Shown piece after piece: positions 50,772-61,893 of a stretch of 64,000 nucleotides of DNA. Position numbers and translations under genes: made by a program. Within the stretch, counting starts at the first letter, position 1. Each line of letters starts with the position of its first letter. Source of the DNA: Antedon mediterranea (taxonomy: Eukaryota > Animalia > Echinodermata); contig NC_092680.1 in the NCBI RefSeq assembly GCF_964355755.1, positions 3,596,001 to 3,660,000 on the forward strand, given 5' to 3'. A model generated the notes under the pieces. It was not told the origin of the DNA. It did not search any database and saw only the letters and a program-made list of their open reading frames with translations.

Positions 50772-51849
50772 TGTACTACAATCACAACTGAAAAACAAAA
50801 ACATTTCTGCATTCTTATTGCTCTTTTTGCACAACGCCCAGGATCATATACGTTATACATTTGACGTATTCGATTGGGAACTTTTGTTGTCAACGTAAAG
50901 ATTCGTTTTTTTTTTCTTTTTGTATTCGAATTGTAAATTTGTGCTCAACAAAAAGTCATTCGAATAGAAAACGTTGACAACGAAAGCTTTTTCGTTAAGA
51001 ACAATCTCAACGCTCAAAATACTCCGGTAAAGAAGAACTCAACGGAAAAACTGTACTCAACGGTGAAAGTCTAAATCGAATACGACAATTATTACAGTAA
51101 CTAATTTAATATTTGACAAAGTATATGTTTATTCAGCACAGTTTATCTGAACTTTAAAACATGATTGCATCACATAATTTAATTAGAAAACATACATGAA
51201 AAATAGGCCAACAAAGATATGTACTGTAGGTAGGTATAGACAGGAGACCATATATGGTGGAGGAGGTTAGTACTATAGTAATACCTCCACACAGACCACT
51301 CCATTTAATATTAAAACAGGCCCTTTATAGTATTAGTAGTAACTATTATACCACGCTCCATGGATGTCTACAGTATTACTACTAGACTAGCTAGGCCTAC
51401 TACTAGCCTAGCAAGACCAAACTGTCTATTCTATTCTGACTATCTAGGCTAGGCCCTACCTAGCATAGCTAGGTCTAGGCTGCTAGAGCCTACTAACTAG
51501 CTAGAGGGGCCTCTAGCTAGGAGGGTAGACAATTGTCAATAGCCTACCCTAGCTAGGCCTACCTACTCTACTAGGCCAATAGTTAGCCTCCTTTATCTAG
51601 CTAGCCCTTTTATACGATCTTTGTTATTAGTACAAAGAAACTGCCACGAGGCTTTAATAGAATAATAGAATCATATTTTTTAGCCCTACTACACTATCTT
51701 TGATTGAAGAAATGATGAACATCATGTGTGTTGTTGTCCTCCCCGAGGTTTATCAGAGCGTCATTCTGACGACTGGAGCGCCATTCTCTACTTCTCTACG
51801 GAGCGCCATTTATGCCTTTATTAACTTCAATAATAGAAATAGTACTACG

Positions 51850-52312
51850 GCAAGTGGACCCAATTTAGTACCACGGTAGCACAGTGAAATGATAAAATAT
51901 AAATAAGTCACTACTTTTAATATCGTTTCGTATGTTAATACACTGTGCTCAAGTTGACCCAATTTGGCGCCAGTGGAGCACAGTGATATAAAATAGAAAT
52001 AAAGTCACTAAATTTAAACATCTTTTCGTATGTTAATCACTGTGCTCAAGTGGATCCAAATTGGCCCCAGTGGAGCACAGTGATATAACATAGAAATAAA
52101 GTCACTTAAGTTTCAATATCTTTTCGTATGTTGATACACTGACTGTGCTTAAGTGGACACAATTTGGCACTAGTGGAGCACAGTGATATAAAATAGAAAT
52201 AAGTCACTGAATGTTAATATCTTTTCGTAATGTTAATACACTGGTGCTCCAGTGGACCCAATTAAGTTTCAATATATTTTCGTATGTTAATACACTGTGC
52301 TCCAGTGGATCC
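51850..52312. repeat. ~100-bp tandem repeat x4-5 with internal hairpin
   Basis: Units contain CACTGTGCTC...GAGCACAGTG inverted repeat followed by ATATAAAATAGAAATAAGTCAC. Confidence 0.8.
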
Positions 52313-54175
52313 AATATTCCACCGACCAGCGTGGGAATCGAACCCACAACATATGTGTTGTGGGTTCAGGCGACTGAGCTAACTGGTCATTTTGGTCACA
52401 AGGTTCGAACCTCTGCGGATATTGTTTTTTAATGGAAAATAATGAATATTTTTCTTTTATTTTGAAAGAGAGATATTTTGAGGTTAGTTTATTATTTTAT
52501 TTATTTCTTTTTTCTTCTTATTATATTCTTACTATGTATATCTTACTCGTCATATTTGATTATGTTTATGTATCTTTTCTGGTGGGTAAGCCTTAAAGTT
52601 CTTTGAACTTATTTGCCCACCAGCCACACATCTTTCTTATATACATGTTCATTGTTACTTAATTATCATATTAATTTTACGTATGACTGTGCTGTCATCA
52701 TCGGTATGTCATTATCGATTGGCCACTTTTGTGGGTGTGTATAGAGGGTGACCGATTGTGTCACGCCCCCTAAAATTTCTCTCAAGAATAATAAAGTAGG
52801 TCATATTAATTTTCTTGTTGCAATGGGACATGGAATCCAATTGTAGTTTGCCTATATAGAAATAATCCAGTCGCTAGAAAGAAGGCCATGCAGATGCACA
52901 TTTTTTTTTCATTTTGTATAAATAAATCAAACTTATTTTTTATATTAACAACACACACAGTATAATTTCACACATATACTTTATTAAATAGACAAATACC
53001 ATAATTAACATGAACAAGTTTACCTAACTAGATGAAATAAGAAAGTGCAAAAATGAAGCATTATTTAACATGTGAATGTCCTTATCGCTATCTGTTAGTT
53101 GTTGTAAAATAATATACACAGTCCAAACTCAAACCACAGGTTCTGTTTTATTTGTGTATTTTATCAAAATCAATCAACCAGCAGCAGCACTGTAAGGTAC
53201 ATAAAATACACAAAAAGAACTATACAGTTATTTTTCAAACCTACTATATACGGTATTAATATTTTGACATACTAGATTCTCAACTACTTTTAGGTCTAAA
53301 AATGCAACAAATTGTGTCCTACTATTGGAACTCTAATTCTAAAATCCAGACTTTATGTGCATATCACATTGTAATACAAATAATATAAAAAAATGAATTA
53401 ATTACATATACTAAATCAATTACGTTGTTTAAAATAATGACAAATTAACACTTAAAAATGAAAAAATAATTGTAAAAAAATGTATTTGTTGAATATGCCA
53501 TTTTAATCTAACATAATAGTTATCCACTTTGACCAAAAATTGGATCGAAAAAAAATGTATTTACCTGAAAAAAATCTAATTTAAAGCAAAAAAACGGTCA
53601 AATTGGCTGCCAGCCAATGGGTTTTTGGTTGAATTTAACCATTTATTTTGTCATTTTATAAGTGAAAACACTTTTCTTTTTTTTTTCTATTGAAGTGATT
53701 AACTTTATCAAAACTACAAAATAACATATTCGAAGTCTGATTTAATTAATCTTCATTTTTCATGTTTTTGGGGCACAATACATTTTTAAAAGAGCATGAT
53801 CTGATTACAGTATAATCCCTATTAATCCCAACAAAGTGCCCTTTAATAAGATATCACATAAATAGTGGTAAAACATACATTTCATGAGAAAGTGTTTGCT
53901 ACTATCTATCGATGTTATTGTGTATATTCTGTAAAAATCAGTTTTTATTATTATTCATAATAAAATATGTGTAAAAAGTTGAAAACATCGAAAGCATGCT
54001 AAATCATTAATATCCATTAATACACTGGAATTCTGAATATCAGAAGTATCCGTAATGCTGATGGACATACAATGTTCAATATTACATTTCAATATTTCAA
54101 TAATTAATACACATACTAGAGCTTTCCTGGTGTAAAACCACATTACAGGTATTACCATTTATTCCAATTTATTAA

Positions 54176-55015
54176 AGATATATTGTCCCCCTGAAAAACA
54201 ATTGTTTAACAACTTTGTTGAATAGGCCATTTTAATGTCACATAATAGTTATTCACTTTGACCAAAAAATTGCAACAGGAACAAATATTATTTACCTGGA
54301 AAACTGTAATAGTAAAAAAAATAGTCAAATTTACTGGAAGTCAATGGGTTTTTGATTTAATTTTAACTGTTTATTCTATCTTTTTACAAGTGAAAAAATT
54401 AAATTTGTTTTTCTACGGAAGTGATTCACTTCACTGCGAAATAAGCTATTCAAATTTTATTTTATCAATTATCATTTTTCGGGTATTGCTAAACCCCGCA
54501 AACCTCCAAAAAACCATAGCAAACCCCACCGAACCAACATAAAAGTGATTGAATCATGTAGTGTACAACCCACTGGGTATATCCATGTAAAATATTAAAT
54601 TTCTACTGTTAACTACTTATTTTTGGGGTAAAACATCATTTTTTGATAAAAAATGATTGCTAATTTTTAACCAAAAAATGATGTTTTATCCCCAAAAAAG
54701 TAGTTAACAGTAGAAATTTAATAATTTATATACCCAGTGGGTCGTACACTACATTATTCAATCACTTTTATGTTGGTTCGGTGGGGTTTGCTATGGTTTT
54801 TTGGAGGTTTGCAGGGTTTTTATCAATCACAAAAATAAGTTGTTAACAGTAGAAATTTAATTTTTTTTTTTACATGGATATACCCAGTGGGTTGTACACT
54901 ACATGATTCAATCACTTTTATGTTGGTTCGGTGGGGTTCGCTATGTTTTTTTGGAGGTTTGCGGGGGTTTGCGGTGTTTAGCAATACCCTCCTTTTTCCT
55001 GTTTTTGGGGGACAA
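54176..55015. mobile_element. Kolobok-like TTAA element carrying a nested insertion
   Basis: TTAA|AGATATATTGTCCCCC ... GGGGGACAA|TTAA; interrupted at 54481-54989. Confidence 0.75.
54481..54989. mobile_element. Foldback, MULE-like element nested in the Kolobok-like element
   Basis: GGGTATTGCTAAAC ... GTTTAGCAATACCC termini, long palindromic arms, 9-bp TSD TCATTTTTC / TCCTTTTTC (1 mismatch). Confidence 0.75.
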
Positions 55016-58000
55016 TTAAACCGAGGTTGCAGGAACGTCTACTACTTCTTTTAGACCATTTGTTGTTGTTGACGTCACCGTTGTTGATGTCACCGTTGTT
55101 GACGTCACTGTTGTTGACTTTGATGGTAATTTCAATTTAATGAAAATACAAGCACAAATCGGTAAAATAATAAGTGCCAATAAGAAGAAGTAATTACTAT
55201 TTACTGAAAAAAAAATTACATTGGTGGTCAATTATGAGAAGTGGCCCCTTACGGGAAGTGGTAACTGATATATCATTAACAATATTTTATCGCTTTCTGA
55301 AGGTGGTCGCTTACAAGAGATGGATCATAGTTAAGTAAATGGATGCATTTGCACAAATTTAAACAATTTGTATAAATACTGTAGACCTAATCTGTTTTCA
55401 TATAAGTTTGTTTAGAGTTCTATGGTGCGACGCCACAACGATAGAGGGCGCTGCATGGTTGCTAGCCAACCAAAAAATGCGTTCAGCGCTACTATGTTGA
55501 TAAACTGTATAGATCTGTATTTCTATCAAATTATATATCATTAAAAACAAATATTTAGTGATCTTTTAAAATTTTAGTTTGTTTTTATTGAAAATTATTA
55601 AGTTTTAAAATGACTACGTCGATAAGCCTATTCCAAACCATTGGTGACCTGAAAATCACTCAGGCAGGTTGAACGCATTTTTTGGTTGGCTAGCAACCAC
55701 GCAGCGTCACCTACCGTCGTGACGTCAGCACCGCAGAACTCTATAAATAAACCTAATCTTTTCTCAGTTTCTTATACCCCTTTCACATCAGACTTGGCAG
55801 TGATCTTCAGAAACACACCAGGGTTTGTGGCCATTCTCAGTGATCTCCGGAGAACATTCGGCTGTTCAACTCCGGTGTTTTGAACTCCTGAGATGTTTGA
55901 TTTTACCTTTCCCATAACCACAACCCCAATGTGTCAAAACTCTGGGGTGTCTCCGGAGTTTTGCTTGTTGATGTGAAAGGGGTATTAGATGAATACAGTA
56001 TATATATAATTTGCAAAACAAAGAGGTACAAAATGTGGAAACTTTAAGCAATTGTGAAATGAAAATGGTCCGCTCCTACTACTGTATCAATTGGCAAAAA
56101 TATTTCAATATAAGATAAATAATTATTATAATGAATTATTATTAATACCTCCATCCTCGTCAAAATCTTCAGTTGGAGGTTTCTCTGGCTGCACTGTAGC
56201 TGAAAAAAAAAATTTAAAAATCAAAGAATTGTTTTTCTCACTTTTTGGTGAATAAACAAAATTCAACTGAAGCTACCTATACAATAAGTTTAAATAATGA
56301 AAATGGTCAGCTCCTTCTATCAATTTGACAAATAATCTATTATAGAATAAAAAAATAACTATTAAATATGTATTGTTCCTCAAAACATGAAAAATTAAGA
56401 AAAAAGGGCCATTTCATAGTTTCTATCTGTTAATTAAAAAGACAAAAATTGGATCCAATTTTTGGTCATAGTGAATAACTATCATAATATTATGTGACAT
56501 TAAAATAGCATGTTCAACAAAAACATTTTAAACAATAAATATTTCGACTTAAAACCAGCTTTGTAATTATTGTTCTTTCTTCAGAAATAATTATTTATTA
56601 TCAATTATTTTTGTTTAACAATCAGTAGTAAACATTTTGTGTAAATATAGTCTGGCCTACTGCACAGAACAAACATATAATCATAATAAACTAAACTATA
56701 GTAATGTACACATTCCAGGGTAGGGACAGCATTACTCCCTCATAGACTCTCTATTTCCAGACGTACGTTGGGTCAAATACAAGCAACATGGACCTATAAA
56801 TTAGTCTAGTTTACAAAATCCCAAAAATGTCAACACTATCAATATAGTTTTAGTGATGATACAGTTCCTACGATTCCGTTCTCTTGGCTATAACTGCTTA
56901 AGGCACAGCGCAAAAATTATTTTTTCAGGGGGACAATTATATCTTTAGCCTTACCTTCAGTCTGTACTGTAACTGGCTGCAATTCAGCTGCCTCTACAAT
57001 GTTTAAATAACGTAAATAGTCAGCTCATACTATCTTTGATTATTTTTTTATTATTATATATGTTCCATTTAACAACTTTTTTATTATTGGTAATTTTAAA
57101 AAATAAATTTAAAAAGAGAGGGTTTTGTGTGTTTTACATGGGAAAAAACTTTGAAGGAGACAAAACAAAAATTGGTAATTTGTATAATTTGTGGTCATGG
57201 TCAAAATCTTACCTGTTGTTATTTCCCTAGGAAGGCTGGTGTTTGCTTGTGTTACCTGGTCTATAATACATAAATTTTTTAAGAATTATTTTTTTCTGGG
57301 GGACAATACATCTTTAATATTAGCGGTTTAAAAAAAAAAGCTAATGGATGTAAAAAGAAATTTAAATATAATTATGTAATATTAAAGTATGTTTCTTTTG
57401 TTTTTTTTAAGTATGTGTGCATACAGACAGACAGCAATCCAACAAGATTGGAATTGAATTGTTATGCAAGACCATGTCACAATATCACAGTTTGCCAGAT
57501 GTAGTGTAACGGCTAACTAAAAACACTAAAAGACACTCTACTAACACAAGAATCTCCTGTTCGTCCAAAACGTGTAACAATTTCGAAAGGCATTATAGGA
57601 TAGAATAGAGCTAATGGGTGGCGACATTGTGAGCCATGGAGTAGTGCCTTCATCAAATTAGAAAGGCAAAATCTGTAGAGAGGATCTGCTAATCTATACT
57701 ATAGGGGGGATAGAATAATTGACTGAGCTCTCTATAGGAATTAATAGATTTGACTTCCTAGTTTGGAGAGGGCGCTGCTCCATGCTGTGAAATGGTGTCG
57801 CCCAGTTTAACCTTTTAACCCTGTACTTCCGATACTGTGTTTTGAATGCAAATTGAAGAACAGGAGATTCTTGTGTTATAAGTTCTTTGGTAAAAGTAAA
57901 ACTGCATGTGCAAATTTGCCAATGAATCAGCAAATTTTCCAAACAAAGAGGTACAAAATGCGCAAACTTTCAGCAAGTGCGAAATGAAAATGGTCAGCTC

Positions 58001-59766
58001 CTACTATCAATTGGAAAAATATTCCACTATTATAAGATAAATAATTATTATAACGAATTATTATTAATACCTCCATCCTAGTCAAAATCTTCAGTTGGAA
58101 GTTTCTCTGGCTGCACTGTAGCTGAAAAAAAAAATTATTTAAATTTAAAAATCAAAGAATTGTTTTTCTCACTTTTTGGTGAATAAACAAAATTCAACTG
58201 AAGCTACCTATACAATAAGTTTAAATAATGAAAATGGTCAGCTCCTTCTATCAATTTGACAAATAATCTATTATAGAATAAAAAAATAACTATTAAATAT
58301 GTATTGTTTCCCCAAAACATGAAAAATTAAGAAAAAAGGGCCATTTCATAGTTTCTATCTGTTAATTAAAAAGACAAAAATTGGATCCAATTTTTGGTCA
58401 TAGTGAATAACTATCATAATATTATGTGACATTAAAATAGCATGTTCAACAAAAACATTTTAAACAAGAAATATTTCGACTTAAAACCAGCTTTGTAATT
58501 ATTGTTCTTTCTTCAGAAATAATTATTTATTATCAATTATTTTTGTTTAACAATCAGTAGTAAACATTTTGTGTAAATATAGTCTGGCCTACTGCACAGA
58601 ACAAAAATATAATCATAATAAACGAAACTATAGTAATGTACACATTCCAGGGTAGGGACAGCATTACTCCCTCATAGACTCTCTATTTCCAGACGTACGT
58701 TGGGTCAAATACAAGCAACATGGACCTATAAATTAGTCTAGTTTACAAAATCCCAAAAATGTCAACACTATCAATATAGTTTTAGTGATGATACAGTTCC
58801 TACAATTCTGTTCTCTTGGCTATAACTGCTTAAGGCACAGCGCAAACATTATTTTTTCAGGGGGACAATTATATCTTTAGCCTTACCTTCAGTCTGTACT
58901 GTAACTGGCTGCAATTCAGCTGCCTCTACAATGTTTAAATAACGTAAATAGTCAGCTCATACTATCTTTGATTATTTTTTTATTATTATATATGTTCCAT
59001 TTAACAACTTTTTTATTAATGGTAATTTTAAAAAATAAATTTAAAAAGAGAGGGTTTTTTTTGTGTTTTACATGGGAAAAAACTTTGAAGGAGACAAAAC
59101 AAAATTGGTAATTTGTATAATTTGTGGTCATGGTCAAAATCTTACCTGTTGTTATTTCCCTAGGAAGGCTGGTGTTTGCTTGTGTTACCTGCTCTATAAT
59201 ACAAGGGAATACAATTAAAAAATAATTGTTTTTTAAAAATGTTTTTATTGTAGATGAAAAATAAAATACCAGGAAAATATTTCTGTTGTTGACATAATTG
59301 GCTGGCTGTCTTGAGATCGACTTCACGCCAGGCGCGCGTCAACCCACGTGCGGTCGTAATAAACATACACAAATAATATTCCTTAATTGTAAGACGTGGT
59401 TGTAAGGATAAATCCCTGTTTGACACGAGAACCATCTGTGGCATGCACGTAATATAGAGGGCATGCAAACGAAGTTAGCATGCCCTCTAGTAATAGCAAT
59501 TAGATACAATAAATATTAGATTATTACAGTACTTACTGATTGCAACAACAAGTCCAAGAGCATAATAAAAACACACCACTGTAGTGTAAAATAAAATGAT
59601 TTGAACAAATATGCTGTGTATGAAATAAACAAAAGGTTAAATATTTTCCCTAATTAAAGAAATCCACAAAACTATTACTGGACTTTAAATTAATTTTAAT
59701 GTTATTACTATTGTTATTATTATTAGGGATAAAAAAAATTAACTTACGGATTAAAAATGTTTTCAT
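55016..59766 (-). CDS. Unrecognised small type-I membrane glycoprotein (signal peptide, Thr/Glu/Pro-rich ectodomain, TM, STTVT-repeat tail)
   Basis: GT-AG phase-1 exons 59748-59766, 59537-59578, 59146-59193, 58887-58925, [58071-58121 with TAG], 57213-57260, 56955-56993, 56149-56199, 55016-55203. Spliced product MKTFLILVCFYYALGLVVAI-KQVTQANTSLPREITT-EAAELQPVTVQTE-...-ATVQPEKPPTEDFDEDG-VNSNYFFLLALIILPICACIFIKLKLPSKSTTVT...PATSV*. No homolog recognised; ab initio only. Confidence 0.65.
55415..55741. mobile_element. Non-autonomous DNA element with ~70-bp TIRs
   Basis: TA|GAGTTCTATGGTGC...GGTTGCTAGCCAACCAAAAAATGCGTTC mirrored at 55671-55741|TA. Confidence 0.75.
56017..59203. repeat. Recent ~1.25-kb direct duplication (56017-57270 and 57941-59203)
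   Basis: Near-identical blocks offset by ~1.92 kb, including introns, three micro-exons and a Kolobok-like element. Confidence 0.92.
59456..59491 (+). mobile_element. Helitron-like 3' terminus (hairpin + CTAG/T)
   Basis: AGAGGGCATGC-AAACGAAGTTA-GCATGCCCTCT followed by AGT. Confidence 0.45.
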
Positions 59767-60569
59767 TTTCGTACCAAGCTGTAATGTTAAAACAAAATAT
59801 CAAACTGAAATTAAACACAAGATACAGCAAAGAAGTGCTGTTTATAAGGTATTGTTTAATTTAAGAATTACACAATGTTTTTAAATTAAAGAATGGATTA
59901 AAGTAATATTAAATTTTATTCCATGTTATATTAAAAATATATTGTCAACCTTAAAAAAAATAATTTTTTAAACATTTTTTTGTTGAATATTCCATTTTAA
60001 TGTCATAATGGTTAAAACTGGATCTAAAAAAATTATTTTCTTGTAACAATGTACTCTAAAGCAAAAAAATACTTAAATTGTCTTGTCAGACAATGGTTTT
60101 CAGTTAAAATTAACTGTTTATTTTGTCTTTTTATAATAAATAAATATTTGTGTTAATTTTTTTTTTTAGAAGCGAATAAAACTGCAAAATGACCTATTCA
60201 AATTCTGATTTTATTAATCTTTAGTTATCAGGTTTTTGGAGGACAGTGATCTTTAATAAATATCATAAATGAAAAATTTAATGTTCTCAACATCTGTAAT
60301 AAGTGGCTGCATCTCAATGGAGATAACAAATAAAATAAGCAAAAACCTAAATAAAAATGATATTAATCATTCTTGACAATTGTGACTTTTACTTTGCTGT
60401 GCTTGAATATCTCAGGAACTGAATATGCCTAAAATATCTGTTTATGCTTGCAGCTTTGTAAATTGTATTGTTTTTTTTTTTTCTGAATGGTGATGATATG
60501 ATGCAAGAACATGTCTATAAAATCATGAATTGAAAGGACTTTTTATGTGAATATCCTTATAAAAGTACT

Positions 60570-61100
60570 TACCTTAATACAAGGCCTAATTCTTTTGTTT
60601 ATTGTGTCTTACACTGAATGTTACAGTACAGTAATTACTTATTAGTTCGCCTGACAATACAAAAGGTGGGTGTGTAACTAGTTAGGTTTTGGTCTTGTAA
60701 TGAGACGCCAGATCACCAGTAGTTCAAATTCTTTTTCTTTGAATAATATGCAATACTGCAAATTCTAAATGAAATATAAACAAATACAAACTTAAACTAT
60801 TCAAAATTAAACAAAACAAAGTAATTTCCTGGCAACCTTGATTCCTCTAAAAATGGCCACTTACATCGCAACATGCGATACACCGGAAGCGACGGGAAAT
60901 AGATGGATGCAATACGTATAGTATACGCAATGATTATTGTATAATTTACTCAATTTATAAGCTACAAACTTTAGTCAACTTAAAATTATTATCTTACGAT
61001 TCCTAGAACTTGTTCTCATACCAAGAAAACACATCTAAAAAAGGCCTTTTGTCCGACGACCTTTTCGTGTGGTGGTTGTTGTTGAACGAGCGCCCTCAAA
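60570..61100. promoter_or_regulatory. Probable bidirectional promoter (orphan membrane gene / UBAP1)
   Basis: Head-to-head genes; CCGGAAG (ETS-like) at ~60883, AAAATGGC (YY1-like) at ~60850; minus-strand donor-like sites at ~60572 and ~60864, plus-strand donor at ~61084. Confidence 0.45.
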
Positions 61101-61893
61101 ACGGTAAAGAATTGATGCGGTCTGGCACGATTTAGTTAGAGCGAGAGCTGAGAAGAAACTCAATTTCTATAAATAGAAAAAATGGATTCCGTTCTTCAAT
61201 TTTTGGTAAAGAGTTGTCACAAGATTATGTCTCACCTTGGTAATAACATATATTCTAACTAAAAAATGTATAAAATATGTATAAATGTATATAATAAGGG
61301 CTACGCCTAGCCTATAGTATAGCTAGACGCCCTCCTACTTCTTCTACTAGGCCTAGGCCTAGAGGAACGGGAACTAGGCTAGCCTCTACTCTCTAGCTAA
61401 ATAAGCTAGCCTAGGCCCTACTAAGGCTAGCTAGAGAGGTCTACCCGCCTAGGCCTCTCTATCTAGCCTGGCCCTAGAGAGAGGAGAGAACTAGCCTAGG
61501 TAGAGCCTTCCCAGGCTGACAGGCTCGGCTAGTACCTTGCCATAGCCTGCCACCAAGCCTACTTACCCTGTCTGTATTGTATCATGCCATGACTATCCGC
61601 CAAAATGCCATATCCAGCTGATTGATTGAAGCTATTGAATAATGAAACGGTCAATGGTGCGCCTTATTAATTATAAATAATTAGATTTGCGAGCAGAAAA
61701 CCCCAGTCAAGCGGTTGTTAGTAATAATATTAATAATGCCTACATATGCATATAGGATAGGCAGTAAGGTAATGTGTGCCTAGGCCGGCTATATAATATT
61801 CATATATGTTTTTTTCTTTTCAGGATATGAAGTAATTGCTAAAAATGCTTAACACTTTCTGAAAAAACGAAACAGAATTTGAGAACTACAAAC

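Noticed and set aside
52322-52390. Possible tRNA gene (also 38474, 44360, 36505, 11710)
   Set aside because: Only A/B-box-like parts are present; cloverleaf and anticodon arms are broken, consistent with SINE heads.
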